From Macrostomum lignano (taxonomy: Eukaryota), in NCBI GenBank assembly GCA_002269645.1, contig NIVC01001346.1, positions 124,001 to 188,000 of the forward strand: a stretch of DNA of 64,000 bases, read 5' to 3'. Under the pieces are notes generated by a model. The model did no database searches, was not told where the DNA came from, and saw only the letters and a program-made list of their open reading frames with translations. The translations under genes and the position numbers were made by a program. Positions 13,801 to 26,086 of this stretch are shown here, in pieces. Within the stretch, counting starts at the first letter, position 1. Each line of letters begins with the position of its first letter.

Positions 13801-15112
13801 GTTCCGAGTGAGTCGAGAATCGAACCCCCGACCTTCAAGTCGTAGGTCCGACGCTCTAACCACTAGGCTACAACCTGGTTTCTCTTCATTCCACGATTAA
13901 ATCATAAATATTACACTACAATGCAATAACTTTAATAGTAGGCGAAAAATCCAACAGCGCAAGACCCAAGACATTGATTTTTATTCAATAAAATTACACC
14001 ATACTCCCCAAATCTATAATTATTAAATTATAGATTCAAGTCTATCCGCAATTAAAACACAAATAATTCCCACTCACCAGATCCCACAGCGCGTACTGAC
14101 GCTGACTGTACTCGCTAAATCCCGTAGTTAACAACCGGCAATCGTCCGAGAATAGGATCTTGCTAATTTTTGCCCCCGTATGGCAGGTCCATTTAGCCAC
14201 TGTGCAGCCGCTGCGCGGGTCCATCACCCTGGCCAGACGGTCCTTGCAGGTGCTGGCTAGCAGGCGACCGTCCGGGCTCCAGGCGATGCTGTTGATGTGA
14301 TCTGGATGGCCTATAGTGCTGCACAGCCGGCAGTCGGCCCACACGGCCACCTCGCAGTCGTATGACGCAGTCAACAGGACGTCCGCAGCAGCCGGATGCC
14401 AGGCGGTGTACAGCAGCCGACGGTTGTGCTCCAATTCGGCCGCCGGCGACACCTCCGACGGGTCGGCGACGCGCCAGAGCTTCACGTAGCCATCCTCAGA
14501 GGCTGTGGCCAGCACCCGGTCGTCGAAGGGATTCCAGGCTAAGTCAATTATGGCGCTGGAGTGGCCGCATATTTTGTGCAGATTCAATGGCGACAGACGG
14601 CCCGGCTGTGTGTTGGGTGGTGAGAAATAATTAGCGCATAGCAATCTGGCTGGGATTCCTAATAGCTGGGATTCCAGCCAGCCAGGGACTCCTAATAGCT
14701 GGGATTCTAGGCAGCTGGGACTCCTAATAGCTGGGATTCTAGGCAGCTGGGACTCCTAATAGCTGGGATTCCAGGCAGCTGGGACTCCTAATAGCTGGGA
14801 TTCCAGCTAGCTAGGAGTCCAACAACTAGCTAGAACTCCAAAAAACTAATATCAACTAGCTAAATAAGATAGAGCAAGCTAACCAGTTATCAAAAAAGAA
14901 ATTGTATTTATGCTCACCTTGTCAATAGGAAGAATAAGGAAAGAGCCACCACCAGATGATTCGCAGCTCACAGCTAGAAATTCTGAATTAACAGCCACAA
15001 ATTGGCCATCATGAGCATTGCGACTAATTGGAACATTTTCAAATTGTTGGTCTTTGCGAACTTGCTCACCAAATAAGTGGCGATATTTTAAATTTGCCCT
15101 GATTAGTGGCAT
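10888..15112 (-). CDS. coro: Coronin (WD40 beta-propeller, long unique region, C-terminal coiled coil), ~679 aa, 5 exons
   Basis: Exons 15112-14918, 14605-14078, 12831-11815, 11728-11606, 11064-10888, all phase 0 with GT..AG borders. Coronin motifs KYRHLFG, GHSSAIIDLAWNPFDD, DSSSGVLLPYYDPD, LAGRGDGNIRFYE; the last exon is a heptad coiled coil (LSSLRKELAFRDMRLMRLEKEL). Paralog class not determined. Confidence 0.93.
11135..11585. repeat. 23-bp minisatellite (CATTACAGCCTGAAACTGAGCCT; 25-bp variant) filling coronin intron 4
   Basis: Period 23 (11401 vs 11424). Confidence 0.95.
13590..13878 (-). mobile_element. tRNA-derived SINE in coronin intron 2
   Basis: The minus strand reads TAGCCTAGTGGTTAGAGCG (A box) ... 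GGTTCGATTCTCG (B box), then GTGTCCTTGAGCAAGACACTTAAC...CACCCAGCTGTAAAATGGGT, a central domain typical of widespread metazoan SINEs. Confidence 0.8.
14648..14815. repeat. 32-bp (2x16) minisatellite AGCTGGGATTCTAGGCAGCTGGGACTCCTAAT in coronin intron 1
   Basis: Period 32 (14701 vs 14733). Confidence 0.9.
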
Positions 15113-17439
15113 AGTATCAGAAAAATGATAGCAAAAAGGTTATACAAATAAAATTTTCAAGAAATACTTGAAAAATCTGTTTGATTTTACATAGATTTTT
15201 ATAGATTCTTTGAAAAAATATTCTCTAGTTATAGAAATAAGTAGACCTATGGCTATGCACTGACCAAATTATATGCAAAATATAATTATAAAATTCTAAA
15301 GCCTTAAAACAAACTTAAGCTTTAAGGCAATGTAATTGAATTATTAATTAAAATAAATATTCCTTAAATTTTTTGACCTATTTTGCCTAGCTAGTGCAAT
15401 ATATTGTCTTGATATTATTAATATAAATGTATTATTTGAATATTAGATTATAGCCCTAATATACATGCTTAACCTAAAAATTTCACCTGTCCAGTAAAAC
15501 TTAGTTTTGTCTAGATTTGTGACTTAGTTCCTCCTGATTGCAACTTAGTTCCCCTGATTGCGACTTAATTTTCACTTTATATATGACTTTTCTTGCATTT
15601 TTCTCTTTTTTTTCTCTCTCTTTTTTTCCTCTTTCCTTTCTCTCTCTTCTCCCTCCTTTTTTTCCTTTTCTCTTCTTTTTCTTTCTTTTTTTCTCCCATT
15701 TTTTTGTTTTTTTTGCATTTTTGATTTTGCAACTTACCTTGGCTAGCAGCCATTTTACCTGTCTAGTTCAGACAAGTTGGACAGGTGTTGGGCATGTATG
15801 AGTCCTAACACTAGCCTAGGCCTATAAGTCTAAAATAGTCAATAATAATACTAATAGGCTAGGCCTAGGCCCTAATAGATTCCTATTAAAGCCATTACTA
15901 TAGTACATATTTTGGTGATATACACTTCTAGGAACCAATGTGACAATGTAGTGTATGCCTATATTCAACTTCAATGTCAAGTAGACACTAGTAGTGACAG
16001 ATTATATTTCAATATTTGTAGTTGTTTGAGTAATAGTCATTTTGGTGATAAGTAAACATCACATAACCAAAACAACTGGTACCGGAAAAAGGGTTAGGGC
16101 TAATAGCCAATAGGCCCCAGATCTTTTAAACAAGTGTTTTTGTTAATAGCATAGCATATAGTCAAATAGAATAGAGATTGGTTTTACTAAATGATTTTAA
16201 TATATGGACTTTGAAATATTGAACTCGCTACTCGCATAGATCTAGCCCTAGCCCTAGACGAAATGTCTAAGTGGCTAAGCCTAAAACTCCTTATCCCTTA
16301 TCCAAAAAACTAACCCAAGGCCCAAAGCAAGGGCGAAGGCCTAACACAGGAGACTGGAATTATTTGAATGATACAGGCATATTTCTAAATTGAAAAGTAT
16401 CTACTATAAAAATAGGCCTATTATTTTCAAGTCAAATCTAAATACCAGCTGTCCAGTCACACCAAAAGAATTCCACAGGAATGATATATATCAGTGACCC
16501 ATCTAGGCAACGAATACATACTCAAGTATTACGCTGTGTCTATATAGGCCTAATAATTTGTCTATGTGATGATTGCAAGATTAAATTATCGCTGAATTAA
16601 CCCCATCAAAAAAATCAACTAAAAGCTATTGCTTTTGATTAATAGTCCGTTAAAACACGCAATGGCTATTATTTACCATACTACTACTCATTTTACTGCA
16701 CTTGAAAAGTAAAGTGTCAAATTCTGTGTTAAACTGTTCTGAAGCTTCTACGATTTTATTTGACTTCCGCATTAAGTCTTAATTTATTTAAATGGACCTT
16801 GGACTTGGAGCAGGATACACTTCTAGTAGACGAGTCATCTGAAAGCTATTCTACGCGGACTTATAAGGGCATTTTAGCCTTGTAAATAGTTGCTTATCTA
16901 ATATACTAAATCTTATAAACAAAAGACAAAGTTATTTTAACTTATTTTATATATTCAAACTCATGTAACAAGCAACAGACCCACAACACATTCATTGAAT
17001 AAATATAAAAAAATAATTCACAAATTTATTGCATTAAATTTATATCTGTTTTAGGGGCTATTCTGAGAAAGTTTAGATTTTATACTGTTTTAGATACAGT
17101 ATTTAGAAGATAATCTAGTGAAAATCATAGTATTGCAATTTTATATCATAGCAATACAATATTTTACTCTAAATTTAAATAGTAGTACTAGCTGTGGTTC
17201 TAGTTGCAAACTTATACTGTATGCATAGTTTTATGACATGCAATGAGCGAAATGAGCTTATACAACTTAATAAATACATTTTTGAAGGCTATTCAAATTA
17301 AAGCCTAAATGCATCTTTTAGAGGAAACTGACATTTTTGTCCTCTCAATGGATATCTATAAAATTTCGGTGTGACATATATCCAATTAATATCATTAGCA
17401 TATTTATAATTTTCATATTTCAGCAAACTTTCCCAGTCA

Positions 17440-18578
17440 ATGGCGGCATCAAAGGGGGGTGTTGATATCGCTGAGCAGGAGGCAACTAAGGACACCTCCG
17501 TCAGCAAGCCGAAGGATACAAACTTCTACCAACAGCGCCTGCCCGCCTGGCAGCCGCTAATGACGGCCCGCTTTGCCTTCCCAATGTGCCTCCTGATTGG
17601 AGCAATTTTCATCCCAATAGGCGTTGTGCTGCTCCTGTCAGCCCAGTCAGTGCAGGAGGCCAGCGTCGACTACACCAAGTGCCGCGACGCCAATGGTCTG
17701 TACTGTGCCGAACTGGTTGCTATGCCTGGTTACTATGGTAACTATCGATCGTGTGAGTGCAACGTGACGCTAACTCTATCGCAGGCGATGTCCGGCCAAG
17801 TGTACGTCTACTACGCATTGACTAATTTCTACCAGAGTCACCGGCAATACGCTAAAAGTCGCGACGATTTTCAACTGATGGGAGAGCGCAGCTCCGGTTT
17901 GCTGAGCGAGTGCGATCCCTACCGTCAGGACGCCTCCACCGGATTGTGGGTGGCTCCGTGCGGCGCCATCGCCAAGAGCATGTTCAACGACTCCTACCGG
18001 CTGTTCTATCATCAAACTGCCGGCGATCCACTTGAGGTGCCCTGGACTAGACAAGGCATCGCCTGGAACAGCGACAAATGGTACAAGTACGGGCCCGGCG
18101 CCAACTGGAACGTCAGCACGAAGCCGATTGGATGGCCGGCCTCGGCCCAGCAGCGCAGTCCGGCCGGTTACCAAGACGACGAAGAGCTGATGGTGTGGAT
18201 GCGAACTGCCGCTATGCCCAACTTCCGCAAGCTGCACCGCATTGTTGAACACGGAGCCAACGGCACGCCCGAGGCCTTCGCCAACGGTCTCCCTGCTGGA
18301 ACCTACACTCTGCAGGTAAGGAGTAAAATAAAGGCTTCCACCTCAAATCCAGTTGTTCCATTTTTATAATTATCGCTAATTACCTCGCGCAGGTGGCTTA
18401 CGCTTTCCCCGTGACCGGATTCGCCGGGACCAAATCCCTGGTGCTCACCACCGGTGGCTGGATGGGCGGCCGCAATCCCATCCTGGCCGCCGCTTACCTG
18501 GCCGTTGGCTGTCTCTACACTGTGATGGGTCTGGCGCTGGCTTTGGTGCAGCTGCACTCCAGCCGAAGGTATTCTTAG
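17440..18578 (+). CDS. TMEM30A: CDC50/TMEM30 family P4-ATPase (phospholipid flippase) beta subunit, 353 aa in the two-exon form
   Basis: Exons 17440-18315 (CAG|GTAAGG) and 18393-18578, 77-bp intron. Motifs FYQQRLPAWQP, YYALTNFYQSHRQY, PCGAIAKSMFND, WMRTAAMPNFRKL, WMGGRN; two TM segments. A possible extra exon at 19207-19417 is described in the findings. Confidence 0.93.
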
Positions 18579-18677
18579 AGTTTTCTCAGAGTGTTCCGGT
18601 TTGAATAGATGAGTTCAGAGTGCAAAGAAGGGTTGTGTGCTAGAAATGAATGACTCAGAGTTACGTATAGGGATTTC

Positions 18678-19090
18678 AGAGTGAGGAATGAAGGGTTGAT
18701 AGTGAGGAATGAGGACTTTATAGTGAGGAATGAAGACTTTATAGTGAGGAATGAAGAGTTGATAGTGAGGAATGAAGGGTTGATAGTGAGGAATGAAGGG
18801 TTGATAGTGAGGAATGAAGAATTGATAGTGAGGAATGAAGACTTTATAGTGAGGAATGAAGACTTTATAGTGAGGAATGAGGAGTTGATAGTGAGGAATG
18901 AAGAGTTGATAGTGAGGAATGAAGAGGAGTTGACAGTCAGGAATGAAGAGTTGATAGTGAGGAATGAAGAGTTGATAGTGAGGAATGAAGAGGAGTTGAC
19001 AGTCAGGAATGAAGAGTTGATAGTGAGGAATGAAGAGTTGATAGTGAGGAATGAAGAGGAGTTGACAGTCAGGAATGAAGAGTTGATAAA
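18678..19090. repeat. 21-bp minisatellite (GATAGTGAGGAATGAAGAGTT; 24-bp variant)
   Basis: Directly visible; the source of spurious ORFs 18681-19118 and 18575-19129. Confidence 0.95.
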
Positions 19091-19206
19091 AGAGGTGAGA
19101 AATGGAAGAATGATTTGAGATTTGAGCATTTAACTAGCTCTAGGTGATACTGAAAATGAAACTGTCATAAGCCCCTCCATAAGCCCGACTCCCCCCAACA
19201 ATTCAG

Positions 19207-19417
19207 CGCGATTCTCTCCGTCAGCCAGCCGGTTGATGATCCGCGCAGCTGCACCGCATCCGTCTCCAACCTGGTTGAAAACGACCAGCTCACTCATCGG
19301 CACGAGAAGGCGGACCTCGAGATGGAGGAGATTGAGCAATTGGAGGATGGGGAGCTGGCTACTCAGCAGCAGCAGCAGCAGCAGCAACCCACAGCAAAGC
19401 CGCGATCCATGCTGTGA
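19207..19417 (+). CDS. Candidate third exon of CDC50 (acidic/polyQ C-terminal tail)
   Basis: Acceptor AATTCAG|C at 19206/7. A phase-2 donor AG|GTATTC at 18568/9 gives AG+C=Ser, then an open frame AILSVSQPVDD...EMEEIEQLEDGELATQQQQQQQQPTAKPRSML-stop. The donor is weak. Confidence 0.55.
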
Positions 19418-19904
19418 GTTTTTTGTCAATGCATGTCTAAAATATCTAGATGAAGACTATGAAGCTCTATGCTGTGGATTTACCTGCATTACCTGCATGA
19501 GCCAGTATGGAGAGAAGCGCTCTTGAATTTTTGCATATCTTCTTTCCCTTCGCCCCCCCCCCCAGCCTCTCTCGCGGCACCGCATTTCCTCTATCCTGGA
19601 GAGATTATTATTCTCCCAATGCGTACACACCCGACAATGCTGGTTCTGTTGCTTTCCATATACTGGTTACCATGGCAACTAGGCGGGAAGCGGAAAATGC
19701 GTGGCCACCAAGTGTACAGTTCGGGGGCACGTGCGTGTACTCAAGCAAATTCTGGCTTGTCTGCCTTCCCCTCTCCCGGCTGGCTCCTAACTGTGAGCCC
19801 GCCCGCCTGCATGCTTTAGCTGCTGCTCCTGTTGACAGTTAGTAAAAATGTACTAATGAAAAATATGCGCTTAAATTGGGATAGCCAAGCGAGTATACAG
19901 TCAG

Positions 19905-20685
19905 CCACCCCATATTTATCAGTGAGCTACCCCTGATCCTTCAGTGAGCCACCCCTGATCCTTCAGTGAGCCACCCCCTTATCCATCAGTGAGCCAACCC
20001 CTGATCCTTCAGTGAGCCACCCCCTTATCCATCAGTGAGCCAACCCCTGATCATTCAGTGAGCCACCCCTGATCCATCAGTGAGCCAACCCTGATCCTTC
20101 AGTGAGCCACCCCTTATCCATCAGTGAGCTACCCCTGATCATTCAGTGAGCCACCCCTTATCCATCAGTGAGCTACCCCTGATCCTTCAGTGAGCCACCC
20201 CTTATCCATCAGTGAGCTACCCCTGATCCTTCAGTGAGCCACCCCCTAATCAATCAGTGAGCCACCCCTGATCCATCAGTGAGCCACCCCCTAATCAATC
20301 AGTGAGCCACCCCTGATCCTTCAGTGAGCTACCCCTGATCCATCAGTGAGCCACCCCTGATCCATCAGTGAGCCACCCCTGATCCTTCAGTGAGCCGTCC
20401 CTAATCCTTCAGTGAGCCACCCCTGATCCATCAGTGAGCCACCCCTGATCCTTCAGTGAGCCGTCCCTAATCCTTCAGTGAGCCACCCCTTATCCATCAG
20501 TGAGCTACCCCTGATCCATCAGTGAGCCACCCCTAATCCATCAGTGAGCCAACCCCTGATCCTTCAGTGAGCCAACCCCTGATCCTTCAGTGAGCTACCC
20601 CTGATCCATCAGTGAGCCACCCCTAATCCATCAGTGAGCCACCCCTGATCCTTCAGTCAGCCACCCGTGATCCATCAGTGAGCTT
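19905..20685. repeat. 22-bp minisatellite (TCAGTGAGCCACCCCTGATCC[A/T])
   Basis: Period 22 (19941 vs 19963). Confidence 0.95.
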
Positions 20686-21594
20686 TCCTGTATTCCAGCA
20701 ATAATGCTTGTGCATATCTATAGTTTTTGTACAAATACTACTTCTGATACAAGTTCTATAAGTAGTACGATTTGAGTAAAAATCCTTTACAAATAGTTGA
20801 TGCATTGTAAAAGTTTCCTACGCAAATGTTAAAAATGGAATAAAAATTTGCAATTTCAGCCAAACTCTGACGCTGGCGGACTACTAAAGTAGTCAATGCA
20901 CAGCTCTCGCCGTCCAGCTGCTGATTGACATCTTGCTGACAGTTGCTAAGCGACCAAGAGTAAACAGTTTTCTTCACGAGGACTCGTTTTGTTATTTTTA
21001 TCGGTTGGTTCTTTTTAAGCCAACTTGTTCATTGCAATATTTATTCAGTTTAACAATATCTAGATTGATGCGTATCGAACATGGCAAATATATCGAACTG
21101 ACTATTTTGTTTTTCATTTCCTTTTTTCCTTTTTCATTGACTATTTTTCTGGTCCTATCATTGTTCGTACGCACTCACAATGAGTCGCCTTTTTCTATTG
21201 AACATTTTTTATCCGCGCGTTTTTTTTCTTTAGATTATTTTTGCTCTTATAACCGTCCATTGTTTTTTGTTAATCTGCGGTTGAGCCTCAAAGCATGCTG
21301 AACTTCTTAATTAACTTTATTTAATCGTGCCTTACAAAAAATATTTGTCAGTTTCCAAGAAACCTTTCATTCATTCCTATCAGGCGTTCCAAAACCACTC
21401 TGTCAGATGTTTGTTTTTTATTAAATAAGTTTGCAAATATGAGCTTCTAGTGATTTTTTTATACTGGATAAGGCTTATAGGAACCGCAGACCAGAATAGA
21501 ATGATGTCTGGATCAAGTAGATTGGTTTAATGATTGAATATTTGTTTATTTAATGATGGCTAATGAACTGAGTGGTAGTCTAGGCACATTAAAT

Positions 21595-21871
21595 GACTCA
21601 TTGATTGATTTTTGATTGACTGCTTGATTGATTTTCGATTGACTGATTGATTGATTGATTGATTGATTGACTGATTAATCGTCATTTATTGATTGCTGAT
21701 GGACTGATTAATTGGTTGATTGAATAATGATTGATTGACTGATTGATTGACTGATTGATTGACTGATTGATTGATTGGCTTATTGATTGACTGATTGATT
21801 GACTAATTGATTGACTGATTGATTGACTGATTGATTGATCGATTGATTCATTGATTGGCTTATTGATTGAC

Positions 21872-21904
<33 letters not shown>

Positions 21905-22125
21905 AACTGATTGATTGACTGATTGATTGATCGATTGATTCATTGATTCATTGATTGGCTTATTGATTGATTGATTGATTGCTTGATTACTGATTGATTG
22001 ATTGACTGACTGATTGATTGATTGCTTTCTTGATTACTGATTGATTGATTGACTGACTGATTGATTGATCGATTGATTGATTGCTTGGTTTCTTGATTGA
22101 CTGACTTATTAATCAATTAATTTTT
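21595..22125. repeat. Degenerate (GATT)n microsatellite
   Basis: Directly visible. Confidence 0.93.
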
Positions 22126-22475
22126 TATTTAGGTGATGGGTTGAGTAATGATTGATTAATTATTTAACTGATAGATTTATTGACTTAGCGATGACTACAG
22201 TAATTATTGGCTGGTAGCCAATCACATAACTGACTCATTAATTCATTGAGTACTTGATTTATTTATTGATTTATTGGTTTAACATTAGCGATAGATTCAC
22301 AAATTTTCCCAATCAAAAAAGCCGCTACCATGCAGCAATGCATCTTTAAACTCTAAATATATAGAAATAGCCTACTTGCATGCTACCTCCAATGATAGAA
22401 AGCAAGCCAAGTCAGTAGTATAGTAGGATATTATTTATAAATTTTCAGCTACAGACGCAATCAACACCTGTCGGC

Positions 22476-24531
22476 ATGACCTCCGCCGAGCCAATTATTG
22501 ACACCGGAGACATGCCGGAGGTCACGCTGTACACGACGGCCGGCTGCCCCAGCTGCGCCGCGGCCCAGGCGGCCCTGCAGAGCCTCCGTCTCTCCGCCAA
22601 CGTTGTGCGACTCGACCGCTGCCTGCCCGCCTTCATCGACGAGGTCCTGCGCCGAGCTGAAGGTCGAGCAGCCGCCGCTCCGCTCGTCTTCCTCGGCGGC
22701 CGTTGCATCGGCGGCGCCGACAGCCTGCGGCTGGCGACTCTCGACCAGCTGCAGAAGGAGCACGCGGCGGCACCCGACGGTCTGCGGCCGCCGCTACCCG
22801 GGCCGGCCGACATCGACCCCGCGGCTGCCGACCTCGCCGACGACATCCTCGATCGTCTGCTGCCGTGCGAACTGGACGAAGCTGCCGCGGCGCTCGAGGC
22901 GATGCGTCGCGACTCCGACGTCGCCGCCGCTGATAATGCGGACGCTGCTGCCTTTGGCACTCACTGGCGGTGCTTCTGGCGCTACCCGCGCACCTTCACC
23001 GGCGCCGGCTTCGCGCGCTGGGCCGCCCAGCAGCACGGCTGGAGTGCCGAACGGATTCGCCGAATTGGCGACCTCCTGCTTAGCGGCGGCCTCTGTCGGC
23101 GAGTCTACGGCAACGGCGACGGCGACGGCGATGGGCTAGCCGTGGAGAACGCCGACGCGCTGTACCGTCCGTTGGACGCCGATTGGCTCGGCAGCGGCGC
23201 GTTGAACGCCGACGCCGCCGATTGGCGCTGCCGGCCGCCGGACAGCCTGTCGACGATCGGTGAACAGCTGCGCTGCCTCATGCTGGAGATCCAGGGCCTG
23301 TGCATCAGCCAGGATGGCCGCAGTGTGAGCAGCGCCGCTTGTTGGCTGGCGGGCACTTTGGGCGCAAGGAAATTTTACAAGCTCGAACTCTCACATCATC
23401 GATCACATCTATCAAAGTTTCCTACTTGTGAATCTCTTGTAATTAGAGATATAATAATTTTTTACACGTGGGTTCCGGGCACCCTGACGCAACGCCTTCG
23501 GCGACATCGTCCCAGAACCAGCGCTGACGGCAGTTCTGCCCATCCCGCTGACTCCTGAGCACATGCAAGCGCCCCAATGCTGTACGCAGGCACGCGCGCT
23601 CACACAGGGTGTACAGCGGCCCTGACTTTCTAATCGTCAGGCATGTACACTTCACTGTGCTTTGGAGGGGGGGTCGGCCCTCATAATTGTTCTCTTTGAA
23701 CTCGCGAAGTTTCGAGCTTGTAATTAAAGTAATAATTAATAAGAATTATTTATCCAAAATTCAACAGCTATATTTGAGATTTGAAGTTTCATGACCTCAG
23801 TCTCCACCCAACCCCGCCCCGCCCAGGTGGACTACGGCAAGCTGGCCGAGTCCGAGCAGTTCGCCGCCTACCGCCTGCTGGCTCGCCGGCTGCAGCGAGT
23901 CAACCCGGAGGCTGGGAGCCCAGCCGAGCGCCTGGCCTTCTTCATCAACGTCTACAATGCCCTGGTGCTGCACGCCAAGCTGGCCAGGGGGCCGCCAACC
24001 AGCCTGTGGAGCCGCTACAGATTCTTTGCCGACTCCGCCTACATCATCGGCGGCCAGAGCTACTCGCTGCTGGACATCGAGCACGGCGTCCTTCGAGCCA
24101 ATCGGCGCGGTCCCGGCCTCCTCCGGGCGCCATTTGGCCGGTCCGACCCGCGCCGTCGGGCGGTGCCGCTCGACCGGCCGGAGCCGCTGATTCACTTCGC
24201 TTTGAACTGCGGCGCCCGCGGCTGCCAGCCAATCCGGGCCTACAGGGCGGCCGGCCTGCGCGACCAGCTGCTCATGGCCGGCCGGGCCTACCTGTCCGGC
24301 GACGATGCTGTCCGGGTGTCCGAGGACGGTCGCTCGCTGGCCCTGTCGGCCCTGTTCCGCTGGTACTCGGCCGATTTTGCTGACTCGGCCGGCGGAAGCA
24401 TCGCGGCCTGGGTGGCCGAGCACCTGCCACCGGGCGGCAAACGGGAGGCCGTGGAGGCGGCCTTGCGGGCGACCGGGGGCCGGCCGAGAATCTCCTACCT
24501 GCCCTACGATTGGAGCCATAATCACTCCTGA
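22476..24531 (+). CDS. Glutaredoxin-DEP-DUF547 multidomain protein, ~517 aa, 2 exons
   Basis: Exons 22476-23324 (AGT|GTGAGC) and 23827-24531 (CAG|GTG), phase 0. Grx motif YTTAGCPSC and FLGGRCIGGAD; DEP-like TFTGAGFARW...IGDLLLSGGL; DUF547 motifs GRSVDY, AFFINVYNALVLH, SLLDIEHGVLRAN, EPLIHFALNCGARGC. An in-frame acceptor at 22448 means an upstream exon is possible. Confidence 0.88.
23378..23720. mobile_element. Putative Tc1/mariner-type MITE in the Grx-DUF547 intron
   Basis: TA|CAAGCTCGAA ... TTCGAGCTTG|TA: 10-bp perfect TIR plus flanking TA on both sides; no coding capacity. The TIR is short. Confidence 0.45.
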
Positions 24532-24564
24532 TTTATTGTTTGATAGTTTGATTGATGAAAAAAC

Positions 24565-24570
24565 ATTGAT

Positions 24571-24607
<37 letters not shown>

Positions 24608-24715
24608 AATTGATAGAATGATTGATTAACTGATTGACTGATTGATTGACTGATTGATTGAGTGGTGATTGATTGATTGATCGATTGATTGAGTGATTGA
24701 CTGATTGGTTGGATA

Positions 24716-24785
<70 letters not shown>

Positions 24786-24790
24786 CAACT
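24565..24790. repeat. (GATT)n microsatellite
   Basis: Directly visible. Confidence 0.93.
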
Positions 24791-25789
24791 TATAGATTAA
24801 ATGATAGATTTTTGATCGACTGATTGGGTTACATGGATATATTTATTGATTTTTTGATTGATAGGTTGGGGTTGATAAGTTTAATGACGAATTGAACGCT
24901 GGATTAATCGATTATTTGACTGACTGGCTGATAGACAGGTAGATAGATTGGTTGATTGGTTGATAACTTTATTGATTAATCGATTCTTTGTGTACGATGC
25001 GTATTGGCTTGACTTATTGACGGACAAATTAAGCGATCAATGGTTTCATTTGGCTCAATTTGTATTGATTTCATTCAACTGCATTTCTTCTGCATCTGAC
25101 TGGTCCAAGTATGACTCCAGCACAGACTACTGAAAATTATTATTAATACATTATTTTTATTAATTCTGTCGACTTATTACTTGTATTATTGTTTAATAAT
25201 AATAAAGATGTGTCACATCGAGCGTTTGTGTTATTTGCTTTTTTTAAATAACTAAAGCATATAAATAAATTTCGTGTCTTTCTAAGAATCGTATATTTAC
25301 ATAGTACGGGTACTTAAAATGAGCATAGTTATTTTTACGTCACAAAAATTCTAAAAAAATTAAAAATTAATTATTGAGTTTCCGCTAAACCATTTTACAA
25401 GGCAGCACGAAGCAAGGGACAAAACTTATTTGAAAATATTGACGAATTTTAACAAAAAATTTTTTGGAACAAGTAGAAGATGTGATTGAATTGGTCGAGG
25501 AGGAGTGAAGTGAAAAACGAAATTGTTATGGCTGAGGCTTTCGGAGGCTGAGGCTGATGTTGTCGGATTTGCAGCTCGCAGCTGCCTGGTTACGTATATT
25601 TTCGCTCAGTTCTGAGCCGAGCTCTCCTTTTTATATAACTTAACTTTTTAACGCATGCGCATAGTAGTTCAAGTTAGAAAAATAAAGAGCAGCCTGTGCT
25701 CGGATTCATATCTATGGCCAAGCCATAGCAGAAATGAGAAAGGAGAACGGGGAGCGAAAAGAGAGGAGAATAATAAGATATTAGGTGAG

Positions 25790-25980
25790 ACGAGTACACT
25801 ACGTGGGAGATAAGAGAAGAGAGATGAGATGAGAGAGAAGAGAATAGGAGAGTTTATGAGATGAAAGGAGAGATTAGATGAGAGGAGAGGAGAGAAGATA
25901 AGATGAGATGAGATGAGATGAGAGCAGAGGAAGGTAATAAGAAGTAAAGAAGATGGTTAGAGGAGACTGAGTAGAGCAAA
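25790..25980. repeat. Purine-rich low-complexity tract (GAGAT/GAGAA-like)
   Basis: Directly visible. Confidence 0.8.
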
Positions 25981-26086
25981 CGGAATTATCAGTTCCAGTT
26001 TAGCAAACATCTAGATATTCGCATAAAGTCCTGTCGTTGCGCACGAAATTAAATGTTGTTGATAAGTTGTTATTTTCATTTGAAGA

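Noticed and set aside
15484-15787. Possible MITE with a 10-bp TIR CACCTGTCCA
   Set aside because: The TIR is short and no target-site duplication could be identified; the interior is mostly a pyrimidine tract.
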